DNA of 58,672 nt from Pseudomonadota bacterium. Its GTDB lineage: Bacteria > Pseudomonadota > Gammaproteobacteria > Enterobacterales > Enterobacteriaceae. The notes under the pieces are model-generated. The model saw nothing but the letters and a program-made list of their open reading frames with translations. It was not told the origin of the DNA and did not search any database. A program made the translations under genes and the position numbers. Below, one piece after another: positions 24,680-35,584 of the stretch. The stretch is from contig JBEGTQ010000042.1 in NCBI GenBank assembly GCA_041179305.1, positions 1 to 58,672 on the forward strand. Direction: 5' to 3'. Each line of letters starts with the position of its first letter. Position 1 is the stretch's first letter.

Positions 24680-25208
24680 AATCCATCATCTTTTGCTTGC
24701 CAGCTCACTTTTTACCGCAAGCCTGCCCGTTTTCGCTGTAACCGGTGATACCGATCAGCCTGTTAAGGTTGATTCTGTTAAACAAACGTTAGATGTGGAG
24801 GCGAATACCATCACCTTTATTGACGACGTCATTATCAAGCAAGGTACCATTGAGATTAAAGCAGATAAAGTGGTTGTTACCCGTCCTGACGGTGATCAAA
24901 ACAAAATGGTCATTGAAGGTTATGGTAACCCGGTGACGTTCTACCAAATGCAGGACAACGGTAAACCGATTAAGGGGCACGGGCAAAAATTGCGTTACGA
25001 AGTTGCGAATGACTTTGTGGTGTTGACGGGCAATGCCTATTTGGAACAACTTGATAGTAATATAAAAGGCGATCGCATCACTTATCTGGTGAAAAAACAG
25101 CAGATGGAAGCATTTAGTGATAAAGGCAATCGCGTTACAACTGTACTATTACCGTCCCAATTACAAGACAAAGGGCCAGCGGTTTCAGGCTCAAAAAAGA
25201 GTAAGTAA
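24663..25208 (+). CDS. lptA: LPS export periplasmic protein LptA
   Basis: Signal peptide, GNPVTFYQMQDNGKP, RVTTVL. Confidence 0.95.
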   Translation: MKSKNKIHHLLLASSLFTASLPVFAVTGDTDQPVKVDSVKQTLDVEANTITFIDDVIIKQGTIEIKADKVVVTRPDGDQNKMVIEGYGNPVTFYQMQDNGKPIKGHGQKLRYEVANDFVVLTGNAYLEQLDSNIKGDRITYLVKKQQMEAFSDKGNRVTTVLLPSQLQDKGPAVSGSKKSK

Positions 25209-25214
25209 TCATTT

Positions 25215-25940
25215 ATGGCAATATTAATCGCAGAAATGCTGGCTAAAGCGTATAAAGGTCGTAAAGTAGTCGAAAACGTCAGCCTGAGCGTAGCGTCCGG
25301 TGAAATTGTAGGCTTACTTGGGCCGAACGGCGCAGGTAAAACCACCACTTTTTATATGGTCGTCGGCATTGTCCAGCGTGATGCGGGGCGTATTATGATT
25401 GATGACGAAGATATCAGCTTGTTACCTCTCCATGAACGCGCACGCCGTGGCATTGGTTATTTACCACAAGAGGCCTCGATCTTCCGCCGCCTGAGTGTCT
25501 TTAACAACCTGATGGCGGTGCTGGAAATCCGTAAAGACCTATCAGCGGAACAGCGTCATGAACGTGCTGATGAGCTAATGGAAGAGTTCCATATCTCTCA
25601 TTTACGTGACAATCTGGGGCAATCGCTCTCTGGCGGTGAACGCCGTCGTGTAGAAATCGCCCGCGCACTGGCTGCAAATCCCAAATTTATTCTGCTGGAT
25701 GAACCGTTTGCCGGCGTTGACCCGATTTCTGTTATCGATATCAAAAAAATCATTGAGCATCTGCGCGATAGCGGTCTCGGTGTGCTAATTACCGACCATA
25801 ACGTACGTGAAACGCTGGACGTATGTGAGCGGGCTTACATTGTAAACCAGGGTCATTTAATCTCACACGGTACACCACAAGAAATTTTGGCTGACGAGCA
25901 TGTTAAGCGTGTTTATCTTGGTGAAGAGTTCCGCCTCTGA
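25215..25940 (+). CDS. lptB: LPS export ABC ATPase
   Basis: [33 protein letters not shown]. Confidence 0.97.
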   Translation: MAILIAEMLAKAYKGRKVVENVSLSVASGEIVGLLGPNGAGKTTTFYMVVGIVQRDAGRIMIDDEDISLLPLHERARRGIGYLPQEASIFRRLSVFNNLMAVLEIRKDLSAEQRHERADELMEEFHISHLRDNLGQSLSGGERRRVEIARALAANPKFILLDEPFAGVDPISVIDIKKIIEHLRDSGLGVLITDHNVRETLDVCERAYIVNQGHLISHGTPQEILADEHVKRVYLGEEFRL

Positions 25941-25948
25941 CCTTTTCC

Positions 25949-26074
25949 AATACCCAATAGATTTGAATGTGCAGTGAAGATGGCAAACAAAAGAATCCCG
26001 CATCACTTACATCAGTCAGTTATTCGGGTGAAAAACAGCTAACAGATCTGCAAATTTGAAAGATGACGAGTATT
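25949..26074 (+). repeat. Full-length degenerate ERIC between lptB and rpoN
   Basis: AATACCCAATAG...GAATCCCG...CTTAC...TTCGGGTGA...CAGCTAAC...TTGAAAGATGACGAGTAT, 126 bp. Confidence 0.82.
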
Positions 26075-26107
26075 TCGTCATCCCTAAAAGAAAATTGACA
26101 CAGCATT

Positions 26108-27541
26108 ATGAAGCAAGGTTTACAACTCAGGTTCATCCAACAACTGGCTATGACTCCGCAGCTTCAACAGGCGATTCGCTTGCTGCAACTTTCTACGCTT
26201 GAACTTCAGCAAGAGATTCAGTTGGCGCTGGAGAGTAACCCTCTGCTTGAGCAAACTGACCTTCACGACGAGATTGATACCAAAGAAAGTGTAGACACTG
26301 AATCGCTCGATGCTCACGATGCGCTGGAACAAAAAGACATGCCGGAGGAGCTGCCGCTTGATGCCACCTGGGATGAAATCTACACCGCAGGTACACCATC
26401 CGGTATGAGCAACGATTACAGTGATGACCCATTGCCAGTCTATCAAGGTGAAACCACCCAAACGCTGCAAGATTATCTGATGTGGCAAGTTGATTTGACG
26501 CCATTCTCTGAAACTGATGCCGCCATCGCGACCTCTATCGTTGATGCAGTAAATGAAACCGGCTATCTCACCGTCCCGCTGGAAGAGATTTTGGACAGCA
26601 TGGGCGATGAAAGCGTCGTCCTGGGCGAGGTAGAAGCAGTACTTAAGCGAATTCAACACTTTGATCCTATTGGTGTTGCCGCCCGAAATTTGCGTGAATG
26701 CCTGTTAGTACAGTTGTCGCAGTATGCCAAAGACACTCCCTATCTGGCCGAAGCACATCTGATAGTCAATGAGTATCTGGATTTGCTAGGAAACCATGAT
26801 TTTCGCACGATGATCCGTTTAAGTCGGCTAAAAGAAGATACACTGAAAGAAGCGATCGCCCTGATTCAATCTTTAGATCCGCGTCCCGGTCAATCGATCA
26901 ATACCGGGGAGTCAGAATATGTCATCCCCGATGTGCTGGTACACAAAGACCAGAACCAGTGGGTGGTCGAACTGAATGCCGATAGCATTCCGCGTTTAAA
27001 GATCAACCAGCAGTATGCGGCAATGGGCAACAGTGCTCGCAATGATAGCGACGGGCAGTTTATCCGTAGTAATCTGCAAGAAGCTAACTGGTTAATAAAA
27101 AGCCTTGAAAGCCGCAATAACACGCTGCTCAAGGTGACTCGTTGCATTGTCGAGCAACAGATCGCATTCTTTGAAAATGGTGCAGAATTTATGAAGCCTA
27201 TGGTGCTGGCTGATATCGCTCAGGCCATAGATATGCATGAATCGACGATCTCCCGCGTGACTACGCAGAAATTTCTGCACAGTCCTCGGGGTATTTTCGA
27301 GCTGAAATATTTCTTCTCCAGTCACGTCAGTACCGATAGTGGGGGCGAAGCCTCTTCCACTGCTATTCGTGCGCTGGTGAAAAAATTGGTTGCGGCAGAA
27401 AATCCTGCCAAACCGCTGAGCGACAGCAAGCTAACCACACTGTTGTGTGAACAAGGCATTATGGTGGCACGACGCACTGTCGCAAAGTACCGAGAGTCGT
27501 TGTCCATCCCGCCGTCAAATCAACGTAAACAGTTGGTTTGA
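26108..27541 (+). CDS. rpoN: RNA polymerase sigma-54 factor
   Basis: [30 protein letters not shown] RpoN box. Confidence 0.98.
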   Translation: MKQGLQLRFIQQLAMTPQLQQAIRLLQLSTLELQQEIQLALESNPLLEQTDLHDEIDTKESVDTESLDAHDALEQKDMPEELPLDATWDEIYTAGTPSGMSNDYSDDPLPVYQGETTQTLQDYLMWQVDLTPFSETDAAIATSIVDAVNETGYLTVPLEEILDSMGDESVVLGEVEAVLKRIQHFDPIGVAARNLRECLLVQLSQYAKDTPYLAEAHLIVNEYLDLLGNHDFRTMIRLSRLKEDTLKEAIALIQSLDPRPGQSINTGESEYVIPDVLVHKDQNQWVVELNADSIPRLKINQQYAAMGNSARNDSDGQFIRSNLQEANWLIKSLESRNNTLLKVTRCIVEQQIAFFENGAEFMKPMVLADIAQAIDMHESTISRVTTQKFLHSPRGIFELKYFFSSHVSTDSGGEASSTAIRALVKKLVAAENPAKPLSDSKLTTLLCEQGIMVARRTVAKYRESLSIPPSNQRKQLV

Positions 27542-27564
27542 CCTGAACTGAGAAGGAAGACACT

Positions 27565-27852
27565 ATGCAACTCAACATTACCGGTCATCATGTAGAAATA
27601 ACCGAAGCATTACGCGAGTTTGTCACCACGAAATTTGCCAAACTTGAGCAATATTTTGATCACATTAACCAAGTGTATGTAGTGTTAAGTGTAGAAAAAA
27701 TAAAACAAATTGCAGAAGCAACGGTGCATGTGAATGGAGGCGAATTACACGCCAGCTCAGATCAGGAAGATATGTATGCCGCAATTGATATTTTGGTTGA
27801 TAAACTGACTCGCCAGTTGAACAAACATAAAGATAAATTGAAACAGTATTAA
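27565..27852 (+). CDS. hpf: Ribosome hibernation promoting factor
   Basis: MQLNITGHHVEITEALRE, DMYAAID. Confidence 0.96.
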   Translation: MQLNITGHHVEITEALREFVTTKFAKLEQYFDHINQVYVVLSVEKIKQIAEATVHVNGGELHASSDQEDMYAAIDILVDKLTRQLNKHKDKLKQY

Positions 27853-27886
27853 ATAGCCTTACGGCTGTTATTCACCAACCCAGGAT

Positions 27887-27955
27887 TACACCCAAAGAAA
27901 TTGGAGTTGTAGCCAGGCAGCTAACAACGCTGCAACTTTAATTAAGAAGGGTATA
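27887..27955 (+). repeat. Short (~70 bp) internally deleted ERIC
   Basis: TACACCCAAAGAAATTGGAGTTGTAGCCAGGCAGCTAACAACGCTGCAAC...AAGGGTATA; both termini present, core missing. Confidence 0.8.
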
Positions 27956-28040
27956 CACTCGCTAACTTGCCTGAGCCGGTTGTAGGAAATCATTCCACCG
28001 TCGGCTTCAGGCATAAAACAGCGCTTAAGTGAAAAATAAG

Positions 28041-28523
28041 ATGATCAACGATCCAGCATTGCAATTAAGTTCGGTATTAAATATCGAATGCACCAAAAGC
28101 TCCGTAGATTGCACCAGTAAAAAGCGGGCTTTAGAAATTATCAGCGAGTTAGCTGCCAGGCAGCTTAACCTGCCTTCACAGATCGTTTTCGATGCTGTGC
28201 TAACACGTGAGCGCATGGGCAGTACCGGTATTGGTAACGGTATCGCGATACCTCACGGCAAGTTGGAAGAGGATACACTGCGCGCAGTGGGCGTATTTAT
28301 CCGTCTGGAGCAGCCAATAGACTTCGATGCTATTGATAACCAACCGGTTGATCTATTATTTGCCTTATTGGTGCCGGCAGATCAATGTAAAACTCATTTA
28401 CACACATTGTCTTTAGTGGCCAAGCGATTAGCTGATAAAACAGTGTGCCGGCGCTTACGTACAGCGCAAAATGATGAAGAGCTTTATCAGATAATGACAG
28501 AAATGCCATCAGAAATAGCCTGA
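28041..28523 (+). CDS. ptsN: PTS nitrogen-regulatory EIIA(Ntr)
   Basis: GSTGIGNGIAIPHG motif; alternative GTG start at 28029. Confidence 0.95.
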   Translation: MINDPALQLSSVLNIECTKSSVDCTSKKRALEIISELAARQLNLPSQIVFDAVLTRERMGSTGIGNGIAIPHGKLEEDTLRAVGVFIRLEQPIDFDAIDNQPVDLLFALLVPADQCKTHLHTLSLVAKRLADKTVCRRLRTAQNDEELYQIMTEMPSEIA

Positions 28524-28600
28524 TTAGACTAATAATGTATTGGTGCTGTTTTATTAACCGCTATACTCGGCTCCTGTCGCCGGAATATAGGATGACCACG

Positions 28601-28710
28601 CATACCCAAGATTTCAAGATGCAGGAAGGCGGCAAGCAGAAACCAGGCCTGGAAATGGGCTGGGTAGCGAGAATAGCCAACCGGCCTACAACTTGAAAAT
28701 GACGGGGATA
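28601..28710 (+). repeat. Degenerate ERIC between ptsN and rapZ
   Basis: CATACCCAAGATTTCAAGATGCAGGAAGGCGGCAAG...AGCCAAC...CAACTTGAAAATGACGGGGATA. Confidence 0.8.
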
Positions 28711-28732
28711 AATACCAAAGGGGGGCACCCAT

Positions 28733-29587
28733 ATGGTGCTGATGATTGTCAGCGGCCGTTCCGGTTCAGGGAAGTCTGTTGCTTTGCGTGCATTGGAAGA
28801 TATGGGCTTTTATTGTGTCGATAACCTGCCCGTGGTTCTACTGCCACAATTGGCGAATACACTTGCCGGCAGGCATATATCAGCCGCAGTGAGCATAGAT
28901 GTACGTAATATGCCGGCGTCTCCTGAGGTATTTGAACATGCGATGACTCAGTTGCCGAACAGTTTCTCACCGCAGTTGCTGTTTTTGGAAGCTGATCGTA
29001 ATACCTTGATTCGTCGCTATAGTGATACCCGTCGCCTGCACCCCCTTTCGGCTGAAAATCTGTCATTAGAAAGTGCCATTGATAAAGAGAGTATCCTGCT
29101 GGAGCCTCTGCGCTCACGGGCTGATCTGGTTATCGATACCTCGGACATGTCAGTGCATGAGTTGGCTGAAATGCTGCGCACCCGGCTGTTAGGTAAACGT
29201 GAACGTGAACTGACGATGGTATTTGAGTCATTCGGCTTTAAGCACGGTATTCCTATTGATGCCGATTATGTCTTCGACGTTCGTTTCCTGCCAAACCCGC
29301 ACTGGGATCCCAAATTACGGCCAATGACTGGCTTGGATAAGCCGGTAATCTCTTTCCTCGACCGTCATACAGAAGTACATAATTTTGTTTACCAAACCCG
29401 CAGTTATCTGGAACAGTGGCTGCCGATGCTGGAAACCAATAACCGCAGTTATCTGACGGTTGCCATTGGTTGTACTGGCGGTAAGCACCGCTCGGTCTAC
29501 GTAGCTGAACAATTAGCAGATTATTTCCGCTCTCGCGGTAAAAATGTCCAATCACGCCACCGTACTTTGGAAAAGCGTAAACAATGA
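28733..29587 (+). CDS. rapZ: RNase adaptor RapZ (YhbJ)
   Basis: [28 protein letters not shown]. Confidence 0.97.
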   Translation: MVLMIVSGRSGSGKSVALRALEDMGFYCVDNLPVVLLPQLANTLAGRHISAAVSIDVRNMPASPEVFEHAMTQLPNSFSPQLLFLEADRNTLIRRYSDTRRLHPLSAENLSLESAIDKESILLEPLRSRADLVIDTSDMSVHELAEMLRTRLLGKRERELTMVFESFGFKHGIPIDADYVFDVRFLPNPHWDPKLRPMTGLDKPVISFLDRHTEVHNFVYQTRSYLEQWLPMLETNNRSYLTVAIGCTGGKHRSVYVAEQLADYFRSRGKNVQSRHRTLEKRKQ

Positions 29588-29859
29588 CTGTCAAACAAAC
29601 TGTTGAAATTAAAAACAAACTGGGCATGCATGCCCGGCCAGCCATTAAACTGTTTGAGCTGGTTCAGAGTTTTAATGCAGAAGTGATGCTACGCAATGAC
29701 AGTGGTACCGAGGCTGAAGCCAGCAGCGTCATTGCACTGCTGATGCTGGACTCTTCTGTCAAAGGCCGTCAAATTGAAGTTGAAGCCACAGGCTCTGATG
29801 AGATTCAGGCGCTGGCCGCAGTTATTGAGTTGTTTAATTCCGGGTTTGATGAAGACTAA
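29584..29859 (+). CDS. npr: Phosphocarrier NPr
   Basis: [10 protein letters not shown] His motif, [11 protein letters not shown]. Confidence 0.95.
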   Translation: MTVKQTVEIKNKLGMHARPAIKLFELVQSFNAEVMLRNDSGTEAEASSVIALLMLDSSVKGRQIEVEATGSDEIQALAAVIELFNSGFDED

Positions 29860-29877
29860 TATCCCATTTCACATTCT

Positions 29878-29902
29878 TGAACTGCACCTCAAATGTTGGA
29901 TA
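29878..29902 (+). mobile_element. Possible solitary IS3-family (IS150 subgroup) terminal inverted repeat
   Basis: TGAACTGCACCTCAAATGTTGGATA resembles the TG(A/T)ACTGCACCC...GTTGGAC ends of IS150-group elements; no transposase nearby. Confidence 0.45.
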
Positions 29903-30053
29903 ACAACCTGAGATTTGGAGAGGCTTTTTTGCCTGCTGATTGAGTCCTGACTCAACTTTAGTATGTTATCGCCGACTACCGCATTACGACTGATTACCCA
30001 TTACCATTGATAAAAGAAACCAGGGCACAGGCAGCCACAGAGGAGAGTAAGAA

Positions 30054-30989
30054 ATGGTCAACTCGTTGTATCACAAGCATATCATCTCAATTAACGATTT
30101 ATGCCGCGATGAACTGGAACTGGTGTTGCGTACTGCCGCCAGTCTGAAAAGTACGCCGCAACCTGAATTGTTAAAGCATAAAGTGATCGCCAGTTGCTTT
30201 TTCGAAGCCTCAACCCGTACCCGTTTGTCGTTTGAAACCGCCATTCACCGCCTCGGCGCATCAGTTGTTGGCTTCTCCGATAGCAGCAATACTTCGCTGG
30301 GTAAAAAAGGTGAAACTCTGGCCGATACCATGTCGGTTATCAGCACTTATGTGGATGCAATTGTGATGCGCCACCCACAGGAAGGCGCTTCACGCCTGGC
30401 CGCACAGTTCTCTGGCAATGTGCCGGTAGTTAATGCAGGCGACGGTGCCAACCAACATCCAACGCAAACCCTGCTCGATTTATTCACCATTCAGGAAACA
30501 CAAAAGCGGCTGGATAACATCAATATCGCAATGGTTGGTGACCTGAAATATGGCCGCACCGTGCATTCACTGACGCAAGCGTTGGCCAAATTCAACGGCA
30601 ACCGTTTCTTCTTTATTGCCCCGAATGCACTGGCAATGCCTGCTTATATCCTGCAAATGCTGGAAGAAAAGAGTATCGAATATAGCCTGCACGAAAGTAT
30701 CGATGAAGTGGTGCCGGAGCTGGATATTCTCTACATGACCCGCGTTCAGAAAGAGCGCCTTGACCCATCTGAATATGCCAATGTCAAAGCCCAATTCATC
30801 TTACGCGCCGCAGATTTGAATAGTGCTCGGGGTAATCTCAAAGTACTGCACCCGCTGCCACGTATGGATGAGATAACCATCGATGTAGACAAAACCCCTT
30901 ATGCCTATTATTTCCAACAGGCGGGTAACGGGATTTTTGCACGCCAGGCACTACTGGCACTGGTATTAAACGCAAATTTGGTTCTTTAA
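30054..30989 (+). CDS. pyrB: Aspartate carbamoyltransferase catalytic subunit
   Basis: [25 protein letters not shown]. Confidence 0.98.
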   Translation: MVNSLYHKHIISINDLCRDELELVLRTAASLKSTPQPELLKHKVIASCFFEASTRTRLSFETAIHRLGASVVGFSDSSNTSLGKKGETLADTMSVISTYVDAIVMRHPQEGASRLAAQFSGNVPVVNAGDGANQHPTQTLLDLFTIQETQKRLDNINIAMVGDLKYGRTVHSLTQALAKFNGNRFFFIAPNALAMPAYILQMLEEKSIEYSLHESIDEVVPELDILYMTRVQKERLDPSEYANVKAQFILRAADLNSARGNLKVLHPLPRMDEITIDVDKTPYAYYFQQAGNGIFARQALLALVLNANLVL

Positions 30990-31001
30990 GGGAATTGACA
31001 C

Positions 31002-31466
31002 ATGGCTCAGGATTATAAACTACAGGTTGAGGCGATTAAATGCGGCACGGTGATTGACCATATTCCGGCGCACATCGGCTTTAAATTATTATCGCTGTTC
31101 AAGCTCACGGCAACGGATCAGCGCATCACTATCGGGCTGAATTTACCGTCGAAACGTTCTTGCCGTAAGGATTTGATTAAAATAGAAAATACCTTCCTGA
31201 CAGAGCAACAAGCCAACCAATTGGCCATGTATGCACCAGACGCTACCGTCAACTGCATCGATAATTACGACGTGGTGAAGAAACTGACCCTTAGCCTGCC
31301 AGAGCATATCGACGCAGTGCTCACATGCCCGAACAGTAACTGCATCAGCCGCAACGAACCGGTCGATTCCAGTTTTAAAGTGAAAACGCAAAAAAGTGCA
31401 ATCTACCTTAAATGTAAATATTGCGAAAAAGAGTTCGATCATCAGGCCGTGATACAAACCGATTAA
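31002..31466 (+). CDS. pyrI: Aspartate carbamoyltransferase regulatory subunit
   Basis: [16 protein letters not shown] and CKYCE Zn ligands. Confidence 0.97.
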   Translation: MAQDYKLQVEAIKCGTVIDHIPAHIGFKLLSLFKLTATDQRITIGLNLPSKRSCRKDLIKIENTFLTEQQANQLAMYAPDATVNCIDNYDVVKKLTLSLPEHIDAVLTCPNSNCISRNEPVDSSFKVKTQKSAIYLKCKYCEKEFDHQAVIQTD

Positions 31467-31475
31467 TTTCCCGCC

Positions 31476-31569
31476 CAGGCGGAAACTAAGCGAAGCCCCC
31501 AAACCAGTAACTGCGGTAAGTAAAGGCAGCGAACATCCCTGCACTGCATGTTGGAGGGCGACGGCTATA
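31476..31569 (+). repeat. Highly degenerate ERIC
   Basis: CAGGCGGAAAC...GCGAAGCCCC...GCAGCGAACA...CTGCA...GACGGCTATA follows the ERIC consensus loosely. Confidence 0.5.
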
Positions 31570-31706
31570 AATAATGACAACCGTGGCAATATTCGCAGTG
31601 GCGGAATATCGCAAACATATTCACTTGGGTTGCTGTAATTCACCCCATCTTTATAATAGCCGGGATAATTAAGCTATTTCTTTCCTTACATAAACCAGGA
31701 GTCAAC

Positions 31707-32093
31707 ATGTCACGCATTATCAGCACTGCGCTAGCCCCTGCGGCCATTGGCCCATATGTTCAAGGTGTCGATCTGGGCAGCATGATCATCACTTCCGGTC
31801 AAATACCGGTTGATCCGAAAACCGGTCTGGTCGCCGATGACGTTTCCGCTCAGACACGTCAATCACTGGAAAACGTGAAAGCCATCGTTGAAGCGGCTGG
31901 CTTGAAGGTTGTCGATATCGTGAAAACCACGGTATTTGTTAAAGATCTGAATGATTTCAATACCGTTAATGCTACTTACGAAGCATTCTTTACCGAACAC
32001 CATGCGCCGTTCCCTGCACGTTCATGTGTTGAAGTTGCCCGTCTGCCAAAAGATGTAAAAATCGAAATCGAAGCTATCGCGGTGCGCCGTTAA
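31707..32093 (+). CDS. ridA: Enamine/imine deaminase RidA
   Basis: APAAIGPYVQ, SGQIP, FPARSCVEVARLP, IEIEAIA. Confidence 0.96.
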   Translation: MSRIISTALAPAAIGPYVQGVDLGSMIITSGQIPVDPKTGLVADDVSAQTRQSLENVKAIVEAAGLKVVDIVKTTVFVKDLNDFNTVNATYEAFFTEHHAPFPARSCVEVARLPKDVKIEIEAIAVRR

Positions 32094-32144
32094 TTCTGAT
32101 GTAAACTGTCTACGGCTGGCTATTGTCAGCCGTTTTTGCCGATA

Positions 32145-33806
32145 TCAATCCCGAAGCCAATAAATCCCTTCATACTCCCGCAAGACCATCTCCTGCGGTT
32201 GGAAGGCACTTTCAACATAGCTGCTCATCAACAATTGCCAGTTACCATCCAGATCAATTCCTTCCGGTTGCCATTGTTGCGGTTCGCCACTCAGGTTAGA
32301 CACCACCAGCAACTGCTTGCCTTGCCAGTGACGTAAATAGCACCACAAATCTGGGTGCTGTGGGCAAAGATCCTGATAGTTACCAAAAGTGAAGACATCA
32401 TGCTGTTTACGCAGAGCTATCAAATATTGATAGGCATAAAACACTGAATCGGCATCAGCCAACGCAGCATCGACGTTAATTTCACCATAGTTACTACATG
32501 GATCGATCCAAGGTGTTCCCAGGCTGAAACCAGCATTGCGGCTGCGATCCCATTGCATCGGCGTGCGACTATTATCACGCGATTTTGTCGCCAAAATCGC
32601 TAATAACTCATCAGGATCGCGCTCTGCCGCACTCAGCTCAGCAAACATATTTAAGCTTTCGACATCACGATATTGATCAATCGAGGTGAAGTTGGGATTC
32701 GTCATGCCAATCTCTTCACCTTGATAGATATATGGCGTACCCTGCATTCCATGCAGTACCATTGCCAGCATCTTGGCCGCCGGCAGACGTAGCGCGCCGT
32801 CATCGCCAAAGCGCGATACAATACGCGGTTGGTCGTGGTTGCACCAGAACAACGCATTCCATGCACGGTTGTGCATACCTTGTTGCCACTGGTTAAATAT
32901 ATGCTTGAGTTCCACCCGATCCGGCGGCATCAGCGACCATTTCTCGCCATTGAGATAATCCACTTTCAGATGATGAAAATTAAAGGTCATCGACAACTCA
33001 CCCCCTGCCAATGCAGCATAACGCTGGCAATGTTCAAGGCAGGTAGACGACATTTCACCCACCGTCATCAGGCCACGTGGCTGAAACACGTCACGGCTCA
33101 TTTCTTGTAAGAATTCGTGGATGTGTGGGCCATCGGTATAGAAACGGCGGCCATCTCCTTCAATGTCATTTGGGAAGTCTTGCTGTTTGGACACCAGATT
33201 AATCACATCCAAACGCAAGCCATCAACACCAATATCAGCCCAAAACTCACAAACTTTCTTCAATTCATCACGTACCGGCTGGTGTTCCCAGTTCAGATCA
33301 GCCTGCCCGGTTGCGAACAGATGCAGGTAATACTGGCCGCTTTCTGCGTGCCATTGCCAGGCATTACCGCCAAATTTTGAGCGCCAGTTATTCGGTAAAT
33401 TATCACCTTCATCGCCACGCCAGATATAAAACTGACGATACGGGCTGCTGCGGTGCTGTGCAGCCTTAAACCAGGCATGTTCAGTCGACGTGTGATTAAA
33501 CACCATATCCATCACGATACGAATGCCACGTTGATGGGCTGCAGCAATCAGCTTTTTGAAGTCATCCAAGGAGCCATAAGCGGGGTCAATAGCACAGTAA
33601 TCCGCAACGTCATAGCCGTTATCCACTTGCGGCGAGACATAAACCGGCGTCAGCCAGATAGCATCAATGCCAAGCTTTTGCAGGTAATCCAAACGTTGCG
33701 TCACACCCGCCAGATCACCATAGCCATTACCGGTGCTGTCCTGAAAACTCTTCGGGTAAATCTGATAAATAACACCATGTTGCCACCAAGGAATAGGATT
33801 ATTCAT
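32145..33806 (-). CDS. treC: Trehalose-6-phosphate hydrolase (GH13)
   Basis: YQIYPKSFQD, DNGYDV, LRLDVIN, CNHDQPR; downstream of treB. Confidence 0.96.
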   Translation of the reverse strand: MNNPIPWWQHGVIYQIYPKSFQDSTGNGYGDLAGVTQRLDYLQKLGIDAIWLTPVYVSPQVDNGYDVADYCAIDPAYGSLDDFKKLIAAAHQRGIRIVMDMVFNHTSTEHAWFKAAQHRSSPYRQFYIWRGDEGDNLPNNWRSKFGGNAWQWHAESGQYYLHLFATGQADLNWEHQPVRDELKKVCEFWADIGVDGLRLDVINLVSKQQDFPNDIEGDGRRFYTDGPHIHEFLQEMSRDVFQPRGLMTVGEMSSTCLEHCQRYAALAGGELSMTFNFHHLKVDYLNGEKWSLMPPDRVELKHIFNQWQQGMHNRAWNALFWCNHDQPRIVSRFGDDGALRLPAAKMLAMVLHGMQGTPYIYQGEEIGMTNPNFTSIDQYRDVESLNMFAELSAAERDPDELLAILATKSRDNSRTPMQWDRSRNAGFSLGTPWIDPCSNYGEINVDAALADADSVFYAYQYLIALRKQHDVFTFGNYQDLCPQHPDLWCYLRHWQGKQLLVVSNLSGEPQQWQPEGIDLDGNWQLLMSSYVESAFQPQEMVLREYEGIYWLRD

Positions 33807-33884
33807 AGCAAACTCTTACTGATAAAAAGAATAAATTGAGCACAAAACTTGGCCAAAGGATAACCGGCGGCGAAACATCGCCAT

Positions 33885-35300
33885 TCAGACCGGCAACTCG
33901 CCACGGCTGTCTTTATGTTTATAAACCAAAATCGTCAGGACTAACGGCACCACATTCGCCACCAATATCGCGAGGGCATAAATTCCCCAGAATTGCGGTT
34001 TTATGGATAGAATACCCGGCAAGCTACCCACACCAATGCCGTTCGCCATCACCCCAGTCAGCCCACATATCAGGCCAGCCAATGAAGAGCCCACCATAGC
34101 GCATAGCATCGGGAAGCCGTATTTGAGATTAATACCGTACATTGCCGGTTCGGTAACGCCGAGATAGGCTGTGATTGCTGCAGGTACAGAAATCTCGCGT
34201 TCGTTAACCTTGCGGCTAATGATGACAATGCCCAGTACCGCAGACGCCTGAGCAATATTAGACAACGCAATCAGCGGCCAAACCGGTGTGCCGCCCATAC
34301 TCTGAATCATCTGCATATCAATGGCCAGAGTGGTTTGATGTACGCCGGTAATCACCAGCGGTGCATAGAGGAAGCCGAATAGTGCCGCTCCAATCGGTGC
34401 AAAGCTGCCAGTCATTACTACTTTTACCCCCCATGCCACGCCATCGCCAATCATGCGACCAAACGGCCCGATCAGTGTGTGAGCAAGAAGCACGGCCAGC
34501 AGCAAGGAAAGCACCGGCACCACCACCAGATAGAGGTAAGCAGGGATAATTTTCTTCAGATTGGTTTCAATCCAGCCCAGTGCTAAACCGACCAGAATCG
34601 AGGGAATGACCTGCGCCTGATAACCCACTTTTTCAATAGTGAACCAACCGAAGTTCCATACATCCGGGATCTCTTGCCCCTGCAGATAGGCATTCATCAA
34701 TTGCGGTGATACCAGCGTGATACCCAGCACAATCCCCAATACCGGTGTCCCCCCCATTTTTTTCACCGTTGACCAGCAAATAGCTACCGGCAGATAGAGG
34801 AAGATGGCTTCACCCAATAACCATAGGAAATCGTAGATGGTTTTCCACACCGGGTACATCTGCGCCAGCGTTTTGCCATCGGATATCGAGATGTCGCCGA
34901 TCACGTTACGAAAGCCAAGGATCAAACCTCCGCTTATCAGCGCCGGTAACAGCGGAAAAAAGATCTCAGCAAAATGAGAAATACTGCGCTCAAACCAGCT
35001 CATGTTCTGCCGTGCAGCCAGCCGGGTTTGCTCTTTATTTGCCTCATTCAGGCTAATTTTGGCGATCAGTGCCTTGTAGTAGCCATCCACTTCCGGCCCG
35101 ATCACCACTTGAAATTGCCCGGCATTGGTAAAGCAGCCTTTAACCATTGGCAGGTTTTCGATCGCTTTGGGTGAGGCTTTCGACGGATCATTTAACACAA
35201 AACGTAGCCGGGTAATGCAGTGGCTGACGGTAGCAATATTCTCTTTGCCTCCCACCAGTACGATCAACTGATCGATATCGTGTTGTTTTACTTTGTTCAT
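33885..35300 (-). CDS. treB: PTS trehalose-specific EIIBC
   Basis: HCITRLRF EIIB motif, GVHQTT, GVTEPAMYG. Confidence 0.96.
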   Translation of the reverse strand: MNKVKQHDIDQLIVLVGGKENIATVSHCITRLRFVLNDPSKASPKAIENLPMVKGCFTNAGQFQVVIGPEVDGYYKALIAKISLNEANKEQTRLAARQNMSWFERSISHFAEIFFPLLPALISGGLILGFRNVIGDISISDGKTLAQMYPVWKTIYDFLWLLGEAIFLYLPVAICWSTVKKMGGTPVLGIVLGITLVSPQLMNAYLQGQEIPDVWNFGWFTIEKVGYQAQVIPSILVGLALGWIETNLKKIIPAYLYLVVVPVLSLLLAVLLAHTLIGPFGRMIGDGVAWGVKVVMTGSFAPIGAALFGFLYAPLVITGVHQTTLAIDMQMIQSMGGTPVWPLIALSNIAQASAVLGIVIISRKVNEREISVPAAITAYLGVTEPAMYGINLKYGFPMLCAMVGSSLAGLICGLTGVMANGIGVGSLPGILSIKPQFWGIYALAILVANVVPLVLTILVYKHKDSRGELPV

Positions 35301-35455
35301 TAATCTTGCCTTGCGTAAAGGTGGCATAGCGTGCTGGGTTGTAAGATTCGCTTAATAAAAGCGGTAAGATCTGCCTTAAAGACAAAAAAATCAAATAAAT
35401 AGCTTATTAAATAATTGTCTATTAAATACTATCCAGATATTAATTATAATTAAAC

Positions 35456-35467
35456 GGGAACGTTCCC
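35456..35467. promoter_or_regulatory. TreR operator palindrome
   Basis: Perfect GGGAACGTTCCC upstream of treB, matching the known TreR operator core; a partial CRP-like site (TGTGA half on the minus strand) lies at ~35472-35487. Confidence 0.8.
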
Positions 35468-35584
35468 TAGCTGGGTTGAAGATCACAATTTGACAAAATT
35501 TTGTATCGTCAAGGGTGGGCTGTTTGTCACAACGCACTTAACACAGAGCAAATTGCAGCTATGACAACAAGGTTCTCAAGGGCG

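Noticed and set aside
27968-28015. Hairpin GCCTGAGCCG...CGGCTTCAGGC before ptsN
   Set aside because: No U tract; a plausible ordinary intra-operon stability structure with nothing more to support.
31143-31643. 166-aa minus-strand ORF
   Set aside because: Mostly antisense to pyrI and a degenerate ERIC; no protein-like features.
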